64,000 nucleotides of DNA from Candidatus Latescibacterota bacterium (GTDB lineage Bacteria > Latescibacterota > UBA2968 > GCA-2709665), in NCBI GenBank assembly GCA_965219995.1, contig CBDCOX010000002.1, forward strand, positions 3,104,001 to 3,168,000, written 5' to 3'. The position numbers and the translations under genes were made by a program. Of the stretch, positions 39,110 to 50,400 are shown one piece after another. The notes below the pieces were generated by a model. It was not told where the DNA came from. It made no database searches and saw nothing but the letters and a program-made list of their open reading frames with translations. Each line of letters opens with the position of its first letter. Position 1 is the first letter of the stretch.

Positions 39110-39660
39110 GTAAAAGGCGGGGAGACGTAAGACGGGAGACGTGAGATGATGTCACCGCGACGGCCGGATTTCGATACGGACCGGCGGAATCTATCCGCGA
39201 TACGGGCGGGACCGCTCCACCCGGCCCACTACCCCGGGTGAGACGTAAGACGGGAGATGATGACCCTTCGCCCATCGGGTATCGATACGGACTCGCGATA
39301 TCTACCTCTGATGTCGAAGGCCCTACCCCCAGCCCCCAACCCCGGGGAGACGTTAGACGGGAGACGGGAGATGATATGAGTGCCCTAAAGGCGGGGAGAC
39401 GTTAGACGTGAGAAGGGAGAGATTGTCTGCCCGTTGCGGTTTCATTTCTAGCCGGAGGCATTAAGCGAGAATCAATCGGGCAAGGATTTCCTCTACCGTC
39501 TACCCTCTCACGTCTCACCGCTTTTTTCTACCGTCTTGCGTCTTACGTCTAACGGGTTTTATTGCCCCGTGTGGTTTCACATCTTGCCAGGGGCATTAAG
39601 GTAGAATCAATTTGGCAAGGATGTCATCTACCGTCTAACGTCTACCCTCTCCCCGCTTTT
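39110..39660. repeat. Heptamer-armed repeat cluster (C, C, empty, B, B) between rpsR and rplI
   Basis: Repeated gagacg arms; modules match copies elsewhere in the window. Confidence 0.85.
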
Positions 39661-39883
39661 ATGACATACTATCCGTTGCAAAAGGCAACAGCGCGATCTG
39701 GCGGGCGCGCTTGAGGTGCCGGGTGACGTTGCGCTGGTGCCTGGCGCAGGTCCCGGAAACGCGCCGGGGGATGATCTTTCCCCTGTCCGTGACGAACCGC
39801 TGCATCAGCCGCACGTCCTTATAGTCGATGGTCAACGCCTTGTCTTCGCAGAACCTGCATACCTTTATGCTGGACCGGTTCAT
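39659..39883 (-). CDS. rpsR: 30S ribosomal protein S18 (Zn-binding form)
   Basis: CRFC...IDYKD...[17 protein letters not shown]. Confidence 0.97.
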   Translation of the reverse strand: MNRSSIKVCRFCEDKALTIDYKDVRLMQRFVTDRGKIIPRRVSGTCARHQRNVTRHLKRARQIALLPFATDSMS

Positions 39884-40281
39884 TCGCCCTCCTCCTTGTC
39901 GTCGCCTTCCTCGGCGTTCTCTTCCTCGTCTTCTCCGCCTGCATCCGCTTCCGCCTCGTCCTCATCGTCCGCTTCCGGTTCTTCCTCCACCGGACTTTCG
40001 TCCACGACGACCAGGTGCCGCAGCACGGACTCGTCCAGCTTGAACATCCGGTCCACCTCGGGCAGGACCTCCGGCGGCGCCTCGAAGCGGATGAACGTGT
40101 AGTCTCCGCGCTGCTGCTTGCCAATGTCGTAGGCCAGCTTGCGCGCGCCCCAGCGGTCGACCTCCACCGAGCGGCCGCCGCCTTCGGAAACGAGGCGATC
40201 GAAACGCGCGACGAGGTCGTCCACCGCGTTATCGGGCGCCTGGGTGTTGACGATGAGTGCGAGTTCGTAACGATTCGGCAT
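39880..40281 (-). CDS. rpsF: 30S ribosomal protein S6 with an acidic tail
   Basis: [26 protein letters not shown]; GGAGG RBS. Confidence 0.95.
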   Translation of the reverse strand: MPNRYELALIVNTQAPDNAVDDLVARFDRLVSEGGGRSVEVDRWGARKLAYDIGKQQRGDYTFIRFEAPPEVLPEVDRMFKLDESVLRHLVVVDESPVEEEPEADDEDEAEADAGGEDEEENAEEGDDKEEGE

Positions 40282-40283
40282 GG

Positions 40284-40350
40284 AACCTCCCCGTGGACTG
40301 TTGGCCCGCGAGCCGCCCGACCGGGCGTTCACGAGCGGGGCGATAAGGAA
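40284..40350 (-). promoter_or_regulatory. Candidate rpsF (S6:S18) ribosomal leader hairpin
   Basis: CCCCG...CGGGGAGG stem overlapping the RBS directly upstream of rpsF. Confidence 0.35.
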
Positions 40351-40361
40351 AACTGCAATCG

Positions 40362-40845
40362 GTTAAAGGCGGTGAGACGTAAGACGTAAGACGGGAGATG
40401 ATGACCCTTCGACGATCGGATTTCGATACGGACTGACGATGTCTTCCTGCGATGCCGAAGAACCTCTCCCCGCGGCCCCCTACCCCCGGGTGAGACGGGA
40501 GACGTGAGACGGGAGATGATATCAGTGCCCTATAGTTTTTCTTGTCGTTACGATTACGGCAAATAAACAGGCACGGTTTATACGGAAACACTGCTGTAAA
40601 TGTCTTCATCTACCGTCTACCGTCTCGCGTCTAACGGGTTTTCTTGCCACGTGCGGCTTCATTTTGTGCCGAAGGCACAATGGAAGACCCAATCGGGCAA
40701 AGACGTCATCTACCGTCTACCGTCTTGCGTCTAACGGGTCTTCTTGCCGCGTGCGGCTTCATTTTGTGCCGAAGGCACAATTGAAGAACCAATCGGGCAA
40801 GGATGTCTTCTACCGTCTACCGTCTACCGTCTTGCGTCTAACGGC
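40362..40845. repeat. Heptamer-armed repeat cluster (C, A, B, B; the B copies form a 100-bp tandem)
   Basis: 40636-40710 and 40736-40810 are near-identical. Confidence 0.85.
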
Positions 40846-40889
40846 TTCGCGAAGGGTGTATAGAAAAGGCGAAAATTGCTTTCGCGAAT

Positions 40890-42902
40890 TCAATCAACCA
40901 ACAATGGAGCCAGAACCAGCGAAACGACCGACATGAGCTTGATCAGTATGTTCAGCGAGGGGCCGGAGGTGTCCTTCAGCGGATCGCCCACGGTGTCGCC
41001 AACGACCGCGGCCTTGTGCGCATCGGACCCCTTCCCGCCGAAGTGCCCCTCTTCGATATGCTTCTTGCCGTTGTCCAGCACGCCGCCGCTGTTGGCCATC
41101 ATCAGCGCCATGAGCATGCCGCTCAACAGGGCGCCGGCGAGCATGCCGCCGAGCGCTTCCTTTCCGAGGATGAACCCGACCAGCACGGGCGTGAGCACGG
41201 CAACCACCCCGGGCGGCACCATTTCCCGCAGCGCCGCAACCGTGCTGATATCCACGCAGCGGCGGGTATCGGGCTTGCCGGTGCCCTCCATCAGGCCTGG
41301 AATCTCCCGGAACTGCCGCCGGACCTCTTCCACCATCCTGAAGGCCGCCCGGCCCACCGAAGTCATCGTCTGCGCGGCCACGAGGAAGGGGATGGATCCG
41401 CCGATGAACAGGCCGATCACCACCATCGGCGAGGTCAGGTTGATCATCTCCAGCTTCACGGTGGACGCGTAGGCCGAGAACAGGGCCAGGGCCGTGAGCG
41501 CGGCCGAACCGATGGCGAAGCCCTTGCCGATGGCCGCCGTGGTGTTGCCCAGCGCGTCCAGACCGTCCGTAATCTTCCTCGTCTCCGGTCCGAGTTCCGC
41601 CATTTCCGAAATGCCGCCCGCGTTGTCGGCGATGGGACCGTACGCGTCTACCGCCATGGTGACGCCCACGGTTGCCAGCATCCCCACGGCCGCGATGCCG
41701 ATGCCGTAGAGCCCGGCGAAGTGATAGGCGAACCCGATGGCGGCGCAGATGCACAGCACGGGAAGGAAGGTGCTCTGCATGCCGATCGCCAGGCCGGAGA
41801 TGATATTGGTGGCGGGCCCGGTTTCAGAGGACCTGGCCACCCTGCTCACCGGCGCGCCGCCGGTGTAGTATTCGGTAAGCAGGCCGATCAGAATGCCGGT
41901 GAGACCGCCCAGCAGGATCGCCCAGAACACGCCTTCGGAGAGCCCCAGGCCCTCAACCGCGAAGTAGCTCCCGGCGAACATGATCCCGGCGGCCACGAAG
42001 GAAGCGTACCGGAGGGCGGCCGCGGGGCTGAAACGCTGCAGGACGGGCATGGCGAGCACGCCGATGAGCGACGCCACGAGGCCGATGGTGGCCACGACGA
42101 GCGGCAACTGCATGGCCGCCATCTTCACGTCGGCGTCGGCGTACACGGAGCTGCCGGCCAGCGTGGCGATCAGCGCGGACCCTGCCGTGGCCGCGATGGC
42201 GATGGTGGCTACGATGGAGCCCACGTAGGACTCGAAGATATCGGCGCCCATCCCGGCCACGTCGCCCACGTTGTCGCCCACGAAATCGGCGAGCGCCGCG
42301 GGGTTGCGCGGGTCATCCTCGGGAATGCCGGCTTCGACCTTGCCGACCAGATCGGCGCCCACGTCGGCGGTCTTGGTGTAGATGCCGCCGCCCACGCGCG
42401 CGAACAGCGCGATGGAACTGGCGCCCATGGCGAACCCGTTGATGATCACCGCCTGGTCGGCGTTTCCGTACAGGAGAAAGAGCACGCCCACACCCAGCAG
42501 GCCCAGGCTGGCCACCGAGAGGCCCATGACCGTACCGCCGGAAAAAGCGACGCTCAGCGCCGTCGCCTCGCCCTCCTGGTTGGCGGCGTACGCGGTGCGC
42601 ACGTTGGCCTTGGTGGCCGCTTTCATCCCGAAAAAACCGGCGCCGATCGAACAGACCGCGCCGGCCAGAAAGGCGAAGGCCGTACTGAACGGCCGGATGC
42701 CGATCGAAAGCAGGATGAATACCGCAACGATGAATATCGCCAGCACCAGGTATTCGCGTTTCAAAAACGCCATCGCGCCTTCGTGGATGGCATCCGAAAT
42801 CTCCCGCATCCGGTCCGTTCCGGCCGGTTTACGGGTGATCCGGAAATATACCAGCCCGGCGACGAGCAACCCGGCGATTCCGAATATTGGCGTCCAGAAC
42901 AT
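40890..42902 (-). CDS. hppA: Membrane-bound ion-translocating pyrophosphatase, K+-dependent type (probably Na+-pumping)
   Basis: [36 protein letters not shown] (Ala at the K+-determinant position), GDTVGDP.KDTSGP. Confidence 0.93.
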   Translation of the reverse strand: MFWTPIFGIAGLLVAGLVYFRITRKPAGTDRMREISDAIHEGAMAFLKREYLVLAIFIVAVFILLSIGIRPFSTAFAFLAGAVCSIGAGFFGMKAATKANVRTAYAANQEGEATALSVAFSGGTVMGLSVASLGLLGVGVLFLLYGNADQAVIINGFAMGASSIALFARVGGGIYTKTADVGADLVGKVEAGIPEDDPRNPAALADFVGDNVGDVAGMGADIFESYVGSIVATIAIAATAGSALIATLAGSSVYADADVKMAAMQLPLVVATIGLVASLIGVLAMPVLQRFSPAAALRYASFVAAGIMFAGSYFAVEGLGLSEGVFWAILLGGLTGILIGLLTEYYTGGAPVSRVARSSETGPATNIISGLAIGMQSTFLPVLCICAAIGFAYHFAGLYGIGIAAVGMLATVGVTMAVDAYGPIADNAGGISEMAELGPETRKITDGLDALGNTTAAIGKGFAIGSAALTALALFSAYASTVKLEMINLTSPMVVIGLFIGGSIPFLVAAQTMTSVGRAAFRMVEEVRRQFREIPGLMEGTGKPDTRRCVDISTVAALREMVPPGVVAVLTPVLVGFILGKEALGGMLAGALLSGMLMALMMANSGGVLDNGKKHIEEGHFGGKGSDAHKAAVVGDTVGDPLKDTSGPSLNILIKLMSVVSLVLAPLLVD

Positions 42903-42914
42903 AGAGAAACCCCC

Positions 42915-43243
42915 AAAAGGCGGTGAGACGGGAGACGGGAGACGGGAGATGATCACCCTTCGCCCATCGGATATCGATACGGACTCGCGATATCTACCTG
43001 CGATACCGAAGGAACCCTAAAAAGCGGTGAAACGGGAGATACCGTGAGCGCCCTAAAGGCGGTGAGACGGGAGACGTGAGACGTGAGATGATATCAGTGC
43101 CCCAAAGGCGGGGAGACGTTAGAGGTAAGACGGGAGATGATATGAGTGCCCGTGCGGATTCATATCTTGCCAGAGGCATTTAGCTAGAACCAATCGGGCA
43201 CGGACGTCATCTACCGTCTCCCCTCTCCCGTCTCCCCGCCTTT
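42915..43243. repeat. Heptamer-armed repeat cluster (C, empty arms, B)
   Basis: Fills the pth-hppA intergenic space. Confidence 0.85.
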
Positions 43244-43799
43244 ATGAATTAAACCGATTCATCGCCTCGTCAATGCCGGATTCCATCCAGCATGCCGCCC
43301 CGGAGGCGGCCGCGCGGATCGCCGCGTTTACGGTGTCGCGCTCATCGTCTTCGAACGGGTTCAGGACGTGCTCGATCCGGTCCGCGCCTTCCGGCGGCGC
43401 CCCGATGCCCACCCGCAGCCGGGGAAACGCCCCGGATCCCGCGCAATCGATAATCGACGCCAGCCCGTTATGCCCCCCGTCGCTGCCGCCGCGCCGCAGC
43501 CGGATCCGGCCCAGGTCCAGGTGGACGTCGTCCACGACCACCAGGGCTTCCTCGATGCCGACTTCGAAACGATCCAGGACCTGCGCCACCGCAACGCCGC
43601 TGCGATTCATGTACGTGGTCGGCTTCACCAGCATCAGCGTCCGGTCGTCCTTCCCGATCCGGCAAAAAAAATACCAGGCGCTTTCCGACCAGGTCCCCTT
43701 CAGCCTTGACGCCAGCAGGTTCACCACCCGATAGCCCAGGTTGTGGCGGGTATGAGCGTATTCGGAACCCGGGTTGCCCAGACCCACGACAACCTTCAC
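43242..43799 (-). CDS. pth: Peptidyl-tRNA hydrolase
   Basis: GLGNPG..Y..TRHNLG, KPTTYMNRSG, GGHNGL, RLRVGIG. Confidence 0.97.
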   Translation of the reverse strand: MKVVVGLGNPGSEYAHTRHNLGYRVVNLLASRLKGTWSESAWYFFCRIGKDDRTLMLVKPTTYMNRSGVAVAQVLDRFEVGIEEALVVVDDVHLDLGRIRLRRGGSDGGHNGLASIIDCAGSGAFPRLRVGIGAPPEGADRIEHVLNPFEDDERDTVNAAIRAAASGAACWMESGIDEAMNRFNS

Positions 43800-43808
43800 G
43801 AGAACCCC

Positions 43809-44062
43809 CTAAAAACGGTGAGACGGGAGACGGGAGATGATTACCCTTCGTCCATCGGATATCGATACGGACTCGCGATATCTACCTCTGATGTCGAAGG
43901 CCCTACCCCCAACCCCGGGGAGACGGGAGACGTGAGACGGGAGATGATGTGAATGCTCTATGGTTTTTCTAGTCGCTATGATAACGGTAAATTAGTAGGC
44001 ACGGTTTTTGTGGAAACACTGCTGTAAATGTCTTCATCTACCGTCTACTTACGTCTCACCTC
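43809..44062. repeat. Heptamer-armed repeat cluster (C, A), left flank of the four-helix-bundle gene
   Basis: The C module and following arm are nearly identical to 44520-44640. Confidence 0.85.
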
Positions 44063-44094
44063 TTTCAGGTTTTTCCTCTACAGTCTTACCGAAG

Positions 44095-44454
44095 CTAAGA
44101 TGATACTCTGCTTATCAATCCTGACAGCAAACCAAACAATCGATTCATTGTTTTTATTATTGATTGAACGTCATCTTCCGAACACATTTGGAGGCTTAGT
44201 GCAATTTCAAGCTGAGTATCCAACTCAACCAACGAACTCCTGGCGATTTCCAGAAATCTTTTGCGTTCAGAACTCGAAGATCTCGCCGACCCTTCGGCAA
44301 TGTTGGACGGTATTGAGACAGCAGATCGTCGTAACTGGCCGGTTAGGCCATAAAGTTCGGCGGAGGGGAATTCAGCGGTCAGCGTATAAATCTCGTTGAC
44401 CAGATCAATGCTCTTTTTCCATACCACAAGCTTCTTGTGGCTGAGTTCCATCAT
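44095..44454 (-). CDS. Four-helix-bundle protein (23S rRNA IVP / Avd-like family)
   Basis: HKKLVVWKKSIDL..IY, FP..E.YGLTGQLRRSAVSIPSNIAEG, FLEIARSSLVELDTQL; visibly lower GC than its neighbours. Confidence 0.92.
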   Translation of the reverse strand: MMELSHKKLVVWKKSIDLVNEIYTLTAEFPSAELYGLTGQLRRSAVSIPSNIAEGSARSSSSERKRFLEIARSSLVELDTQLEIALSLQMCSEDDVQSIIKTMNRLFGLLSGLISRVSS

Positions 44455-44479
44455 CGCGTGCAAGCGCTATCGTTCCTCC

Positions 44480-44905
44480 CCGCAGCCCCCAACCCCGGGG
44501 AGACGGTAGACGTAAGACGGGAGATGATTACCCTTCGCCCATCGGATATCGATACGGACTCGCGATATCTACCTCTGATGTCGAAGGCCCTACCCCCAAC
44601 CCCGGGGAGACGGGAGACGTGAGACGGGAGATGATGTGAGTGCCTGAAGAGCGGGTAGACGTTAGACGGGAGACGGGAGATACCGTGAGTGCCCTATGGT
44701 TTTTCTTGATTGCTACGATAACGGTAAATTAGCAGGCACGGTTTGTGTAGAAACACTGCTGTAAATGTCTTCATCTACCGTCTACCCTCTTACGTCTCAC
44801 CGGTTCTATTGCCCCGTGTGGTTTCACATCTTGCCAGAGGCATTGAGTAAGAACCAATGGGGCAAGGATGTTATCTACCGTCTACCCTCTCACGTCTCAC
44901 CGCTC
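44480..44905. repeat. Heptamer-armed repeat cluster (C, empty, A, B), right flank of the four-helix-bundle gene
   Basis: Ends next to the rplY TAA. Confidence 0.85.
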
Positions 44906-45592
44906 TTATTCTTCGTCGTCCTCGTCTTCGTCCTTCTTGCCGCGTTCGATGACTTCGGGTTCCTGCATCTCTTCTTCTTCCTCGAGCACCTCTTCCTCTT
45001 CCTCTTCGACCTGAGCGATTGAAGGCGGAACCACGACAAACACGGACCGGTCGCTCTCGGTAACGATCTCCACGTCGCCGGACACGCTCAGATCGGAGAC
45101 GTGCACCGAGTCTCCGATATTCAGATGGTTCACGTCGAACCCGATGCTTTCCGGGATCTCGGCGGGCAGACACGACACCTCCACCTGGTGCAGCAACTGC
45201 TCCAGAATACCGCCTTCCGTGCGGACGCCGGCGGGAATGCCCTGGGGTTCGACGCGAACGTCCACGACGATTTTCTGGGTGAGCGAGATCCGGTAGAAGT
45301 CCGCGTGGAGGAGATGACCGCCAACGGGGTGGTGCTGCAGCTCCTTGACGATGGCGGTGTCTTCGGATTGATCCTCGCCGTTGCCCACAACCAGGGACAG
45401 AAGCGTATTCCGGCCGTGTTCGTGCAAGACCGTTGACAACGCCTTCGCATCGACCGAACAGGCGACGGACGCGCCGCGGTCGCCATAGACCACCGCGGGA
45501 ATCCTCCCGGTACGCCGGATGCGCTTGGCCTCGCCCTTTCCGGTTCCGGAGCGTACTTCGGCCTGCAAACTTACGCCGTTATTGTCAGCCAT
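44906..45592 (-). CDS. rplY: 50S ribosomal protein L25/Ctc
   Basis: GKGEAKRIRRTGRIPAVVYG, HADF, GGILEQ, LNIGDSVHVSDL; acidic tail; GGAGG RBS. Confidence 0.95.
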   Translation of the reverse strand: MADNNGVSLQAEVRSGTGKGEAKRIRRTGRIPAVVYGDRGASVACSVDAKALSTVLHEHGRNTLLSLVVGNGEDQSEDTAIVKELQHHPVGGHLLHADFYRISLTQKIVVDVRVEPQGIPAGVRTEGGILEQLLHQVEVSCLPAEIPESIGFDVNHLNIGDSVHVSDLSVSGDVEIVTESDRSVFVVVPPSIAQVEEEEEEVLEEEEEMQEPEVIERGKKDEDEDDEE

Positions 45593-45635
45593 TGACCGAT
45601 CCTCCACATTTTTTTACCAGAACTGCGGTTTTGCA

Positions 45636-45706
45636 CTGCCGGGCAGGGATTCGAACCCCGATAAACGGCTCCAAAGGCCGCTGTCTTACCCTTAGACGAC
45701 CCGGCA
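45636..45706 (-). tRNA. tRNA-Gln(TTG)
   Basis: Minus strand TGCCGGG...CCCGGCAG acceptor stem, anticodon loop CTTTGGA, GGTTCGAATCC T-arm; CCA not encoded. Confidence 0.93.
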
Positions 45707-45845
45707 TCAATAACCGGAACCCGGATGCTGCGTGCGATCAGTCCGCGAGCCATCGTTGAGGCGGCAATCGACCGGGGTCGTACGTTGTTATGACTATATA
45801 TTAATGTATAAGGAACCGCAAACGGCTCGATCCGATTCCGGACGG

Positions 45846-46718
45846 CTACGGTTCGCGCGGCCGGAACCGACACAGATAGACCCGGCGCCCGCGGCCCTGC
45901 ACCAGGCCAACCACGGCCGAAGCTTGCGAGGCCTCACGAAAAACGCCGAAGAGCGTGGATCCGCTGCCCGAAACCGAACAGGCAACCGCGCCCCGGGCGT
46001 CCAGCGCCGCAAGGATCCGCGCCACGTCGCCGGCGGCGGCTTCCACGAGGGGCAGAAAGTCGTTTTCCAGGCAGGCGAACAATCGGCCGGCGCAGATCCG
46101 GCCGGATTTTTCCGCAAAGTCCAGAAATGTACCATACGCTGCTGAATCTGTCAAGCCAATTCTCACGTTTCGATAGGCCCATGCGGTGGACACGGGGAAC
46201 CCCGGATACACCAGTACATACCAGAAATCGCCCTCCCAATCCACCGGTCGGATCCGCTCTCCGCGCCCCGTTACCACGGCCGTGCCGCCGGTGAGGAAGA
46301 ACGGGACGTCGGACCCGAGTTCCGCGGCGAGCGAGGCCAATCGCTCCGGCCCCAGACACGTTCCCCACAGCCGGTCCAGCGCGCGCAGCGCCGTGGCCGC
46401 GTTGGAACTCCCGCCGCCCAGGCCCGCGCCCGCGGGAATGTGTTTGACCAGGTCCACGCGCACCCCGTTGCGTGCGCCCGTTGCCCGGCGGAGGATTTCA
46501 ACGGCGCGGTACACGAGGTTCTCCGGCCCCGCGGGAACGTCCGGACGGTCGGCGCGGACCAGGGTTTCTCCGGGCGCGGCGGGCGTGAACACCAGCCGGT
46601 CGCACAGGTCCACCGTCTGAAGCACGGAGACGATATCGTGAAAGCCGTCCGGGCGGCGGCGCAGGATCTTCAGGCCCAGATTCAGCTTCGCGGGCGAAAT
46701 TTCAACAACGCGATCCAT
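45846..46718 (-). CDS. ispE: 4-diphosphocytidyl-2-C-methyl-D-erythritol kinase
   Basis: PAKLNLGL, KHIPAGAGLGGGSSNAA, LGSDVPFF, SGSGST. Confidence 0.96.
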   Translation of the reverse strand: MDRVVEISPAKLNLGLKILRRRPDGFHDIVSVLQTVDLCDRLVFTPAAPGETLVRADRPDVPAGPENLVYRAVEILRRATGARNGVRVDLVKHIPAGAGLGGGSSNAATALRALDRLWGTCLGPERLASLAAELGSDVPFFLTGGTAVVTGRGERIRPVDWEGDFWYVLVYPGFPVSTAWAYRNVRIGLTDSAAYGTFLDFAEKSGRICAGRLFACLENDFLPLVEAAAGDVARILAALDARGAVACSVSGSGSTLFGVFREASQASAVVGLVQGRGRRVYLCRFRPREP

Positions 46719-46728
46719 TGGGAAAACC

Positions 46729-47172
46729 CTTAAAGGCGGTGAGACGGTAGACGGGAGACGGGAGATGATGACCCTTCGCCGATCGGATGTGTCGATACGG
46801 ACTGACGATATTTTCCGGCGATAGCGAAGGACCTCTCCGCCCGGCCCCCCTCCCCTGGTGAGACGTAAGACGGGAGACGTGAGATATTGTGAGTGCCCTA
46901 AAGGCGGGTAGACGTAAGACGTGAGACGGGAGATGATATGAATGCCTGTTCGGTATCATCTCTTGCCGCAGGCAGAAAGGAAGAACCAATCGGGCAAGGA
47001 CGTCTTCTACCGTCTTGCGTCTCACGTCTCACCGCTTTCATCTACCGTCTACCGTCTTGCGTCTAACGGGTTTTATTGCCCCATGTGGTTTCACATCTTG
47101 CCAGAGGCATTGAGTAAGAACCAATGGGGCAAGGACGTCATCTACCGTCTACCCTCTTACGTCTCACCGGTT
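46729..47172. repeat. Heptamer-armed repeat cluster (C, empty, B, B)
   Basis: Lies between the ispE start and its predicted promoter. Confidence 0.85.
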
Positions 47173-47182
47173 TTTGGCGCTC

Positions 47183-47210
47183 ATGATAACCCCGGTGGTC
47201 GTTCTGTCAA
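47183..47210 (-). promoter_or_regulatory. Sigma70-like promoter for the ispE cluster
   Basis: TTGACA-16 nt-TATCAT on the minus strand. Confidence 0.55.
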
Positions 47211-47367
47211 GCGCCAAACGGCCGCGGGGCGGCGGGGGCGACGGGCCCGGGAGGCGGGGGCATCTGCCAAACTTGCAGTCCATCGTACCGGAGGACGTCC
47301 AACCGGAATTGCCGGGCGCCCGCCCCGAGTCAGGGCCCGCGCACGCCGGGGAAATCCAAGTTAGGGA

Positions 47368-47396
47368 TTGACGCCCCCGCGCAAATGTGATAAATT
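47368..47396 (+). promoter_or_regulatory. Sigma70-like promoter for the TPR gene
   Basis: TTGACG-17 nt-TAAATT with an extended TG. Confidence 0.55.
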
Positions 47397-47445
47397 GAAT
47401 GACGCTGCCGCACGGCGCCGCAAACACCCATAACCCCCATAAAAT

Positions 47446-50400
47446 ATGCAACTTTCCCGCATTTTTGCCCCAACGGCCTCCCGGCCGCGGCTGCTTTGCG
47501 GCGCGATCGTCGGGCTGTGTATCCTGCTGGCCTGGTATGCGCCCGTTGCGGGGCAGGCCGCCGAGGGCGAGAGCGAAAGCATCGAGCTCGCGCAACGGCT
47601 CTTCGACAACCGGGATTATGCCAATGCGGCGCACGAGTTCCGGCGCTTCATCGCCTCGTATCCCACGAGCCCGCGGCTTCCCTCGGCGCTTTATCAACTC
47701 GGCGAAGCCCTTTTCCTGGGAGAACAGTACAGCGACGCCGTCGATGCGTACGACGACTTCCTCGTACGCTATCCGGGACGCCTGGAAGCGGACCCGGCCC
47801 TGCGGCGAAAGGCCGAAGCCCTGGAGCGACTCTCTGAATACGCGAGAGCCGGCGCCGCCTTCCGGGACGCGCACGACCGGTTCGCCGCGGGCAAACACGC
47901 CGCCAGAAACCTCCTCGCGGCGGGGATCAACTTCCACAAAGGAAAGGACCTGGACGCCGCGGGCAAGGCGTTCGGCGCGCTGGTCGCCAATTTCCCGCAA
48001 TCCGGACTCGCCGCCGAAGCCGGGTACCGGTGGGGGCTCGTACTGCTGGACGCGGGTCGTCAGGAAGAGGCGCTGGGCCGGTTCAAGACCATATCGGATC
48101 CGGGCGCGGGTTCCAAATGGACGCCGGACGCCCTGCTCGAGATCGGAAAAACCGCCCTCGCAATGAACGACGTGAAGGAGGCGGAGGCGGCTTTCGGCAC
48201 GCTGCGCAGGGCGTATCCCAGGCATGCCGCGGCCGGCGCCTCCTACCTGGAACTGGCCGCCTGGTTCGAAGGCCGCGAGAACTGGCCGAAGGCCGCTGAA
48301 ATCTACGGCCTCGCCCGGGCCAATCTCCCGCAAAGCGAAGGCCGCAGGCAGGCGGTGCTGGGCCTGGCCGGCGCCTGGCTCGAACTGGGACGCACAGCCG
48401 AGGCGCTCGCGCTCTTCACCGAGTTCATCAACGTCTATGCGGACAGCCCCTACCTGGACCGCGCCTGGCTGGGCCTGGGACGCGCCCACGCCAACCTGAA
48501 ACAAACCCGCGAGGCCCGGAATGCGTTCCGGCGCCTCCGGGAACTCTTCCCGGAATCGGAGGCCGGCATCCAGGCGCACGCGGAGATGGGCGACGCATGG
48601 CGGGCCGCGGGCGCGCCACGAAGGGCATTGAGGGCATACCGGGCCTACGCCGATCAGGCGGAAGCGCCCGGCGCCGTCGAATCGGCCCGGCTGCGGATCG
48701 CGCGTACGTACGAACATGATCTGGGATGGCACGATCTGGCGCTGGCGGTCTACCGGGACCTGGCAAAAACTGCTCAGGCCGCGGTTGCCGGCGAGGCGCA
48801 GTTCGGCATCGCCCGTATTCTGGATCGAACCGGGCGGACGGACCGGGCCATTCGCGAATACCGGGCCTACCTGCAGAAATACAACAGGCGCGCCGGCGAG
48901 GCCGAAAATCGCATCCGCTACCTGCGGGAGTTCGGCCGCGAGGCCCCCGGCGTACCGCCTGCCGACCTGGCCGCGCTGCTCTCGAGTTTCCCGGCAATCG
49001 CGGACGATCCGCGGGCCCGATTCGTACTGGGAAAATTCCTTCACGACCGGCGGCATTACGCCCTCGCCGCCGAAACACTCGTCAAAGCGCTGTCGGGAGA
49101 ACCCCCGCCGCCGTTTGCCGCCGAGGCCGCCTGGCTTCTGGGCCGGAGCGCCCTGAAGGCGGCGCGGAAAGCGGAACTGGAAGGCAGGCGCGAGCAGGCG
49201 TCGTCCTGGCGGGAGAAGGGCCTCGCGGCGCTTGCCGAGGTCGAGACCGGGCATCCCGAAAGCGAGTTCGCGGACGACGCCGGCCTGTTGCGGATCGAAA
49301 CGGAGACCCGCCTGCCTGCCGCGCCGGACAGCGCGGCGCAGGCAGGCGAAGTCGAAACGGACACGGCGAGCGCGAGGCGGCGACTCGCGGCGTACGGCGA
49401 ATTCGCGAAGACGTACCCCGGGTCCGACCGGCTGGACCGGGCGCTGCTGGGGATGGCCGACGCGATGCGCACGCTCAGCCGGGTGGAACCCGCGTGGATC
49501 GACTCCGCCCTGACGACCTACGGCGATATCATTGACGCGTATCCGAAGCGCCCGGCGGCGGAACGGGCGGCCTACGGCATCGGACTGTGCCAGGCCCTGA
49601 AGAAAGACTACGCGGCCGCCGAGGAAACGCTGCGCGATTTCCTCTTCGCGTATCCGCAAAGCGACCTGGAGAGCCACGCCAGGTACGAGCTCGGCCGCAT
49701 CCTCCTGGAACGGGGGTTTCCCAGGAGCGCGGCGGACGACCTGGCCGAGCTTCTCGCGGGTCCGGCGTCGCCCGAGCTGGCGCGGTCCGCGCGTAACCTG
49801 CTGGCCGAGAGCTACTTTCGGGCCGAAGATTACCGTCGCGCCATCGAAATCGACACCGAACTGCTTTCTGTCGGGCCCGACGAGCCCGCGCTCCGGCGGC
49901 TCGCGCGGTCCTACGAGGCGAACGGACAGGCGGCCGAAGCCATCGAAACCTGCCAGACCCTGCTGAACGCGTATCCGAACGCGGCCGACGCCGACAGCTT
50001 CGCGTACGCCCGGGCGCGGCTGCTGGCGGACCTGGACCGGGAGCCCGAAGCCGTCGCGGCTTTCAAAGCGTTCCCCGGACAATATCCCGAGAGCCCGCTG
50101 AAGGCCAACGCGGGCATGGCCCTGGCATCCCTCCTGTTCGAAGCCGGAGAATACCGGAATGCCCTGGCGGCCATTGCGCTCATCCCCGCGGACGCGAGGG
50201 ACGCGCCGGTCGCCGCGAGCGAAGTCATCAGCCTGTTCCGCCTGAAACGCGTGCAGGACGCAAAAAAAGCAGCGGGCAGGTTCAAGAAGACCTACCCGAA
50301 CAGCCGCGAGTGGCTCGGCAGATTCAGGAACGAGGAGGGCCGGTACTATCTGAACGCCGGCAACTTCAAGAAAGCCCGTCAGATTTTCGAAGGCGTGGTC

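Noticed and set aside
39340-40845. Integron attC sites (GTTAGAC and GTCTAAC occur in the arms)
   Set aside because: These are just one linker variant of the heptamer and are not arranged as RYYYAAC...GTTRRRY around the modules. The only tyrosine recombinase is an ordinary XerD.
38631-42956. ORF-track N-terminal extensions of rplI, rpsF and hppA (also prcB, GT2, the kinase, xerD and ogt)
   Set aside because: The extensions run through repeats or neighbouring genes; downstream starts fit the RBS positions and family N-termini.
32851-44454. Diversity-generating retroelement (Avd-like gene plus indel-free diverged repeats)
   Set aside because: There is no reverse transcriptase in the window, substitutions are not confined to adenines, and neither copy lies in a CDS. 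An RT acting in trans cannot be excluded from this window.
38100-47170. CRISPR array interpretation of the interspaced repeats
   Set aside because: The intervening segments are recurring modules rather than unique spacers, the arms are degenerate and inverted, and no cas genes are present.
47164-50082. 972-aa minus-strand ORF and other long antisense ORFs (26532-28616, 24590-26275, 33351-35393, 41016-42926)
   Set aside because: Shadow frames of GC-rich genes on the opposite strand, with no recognisable motifs.
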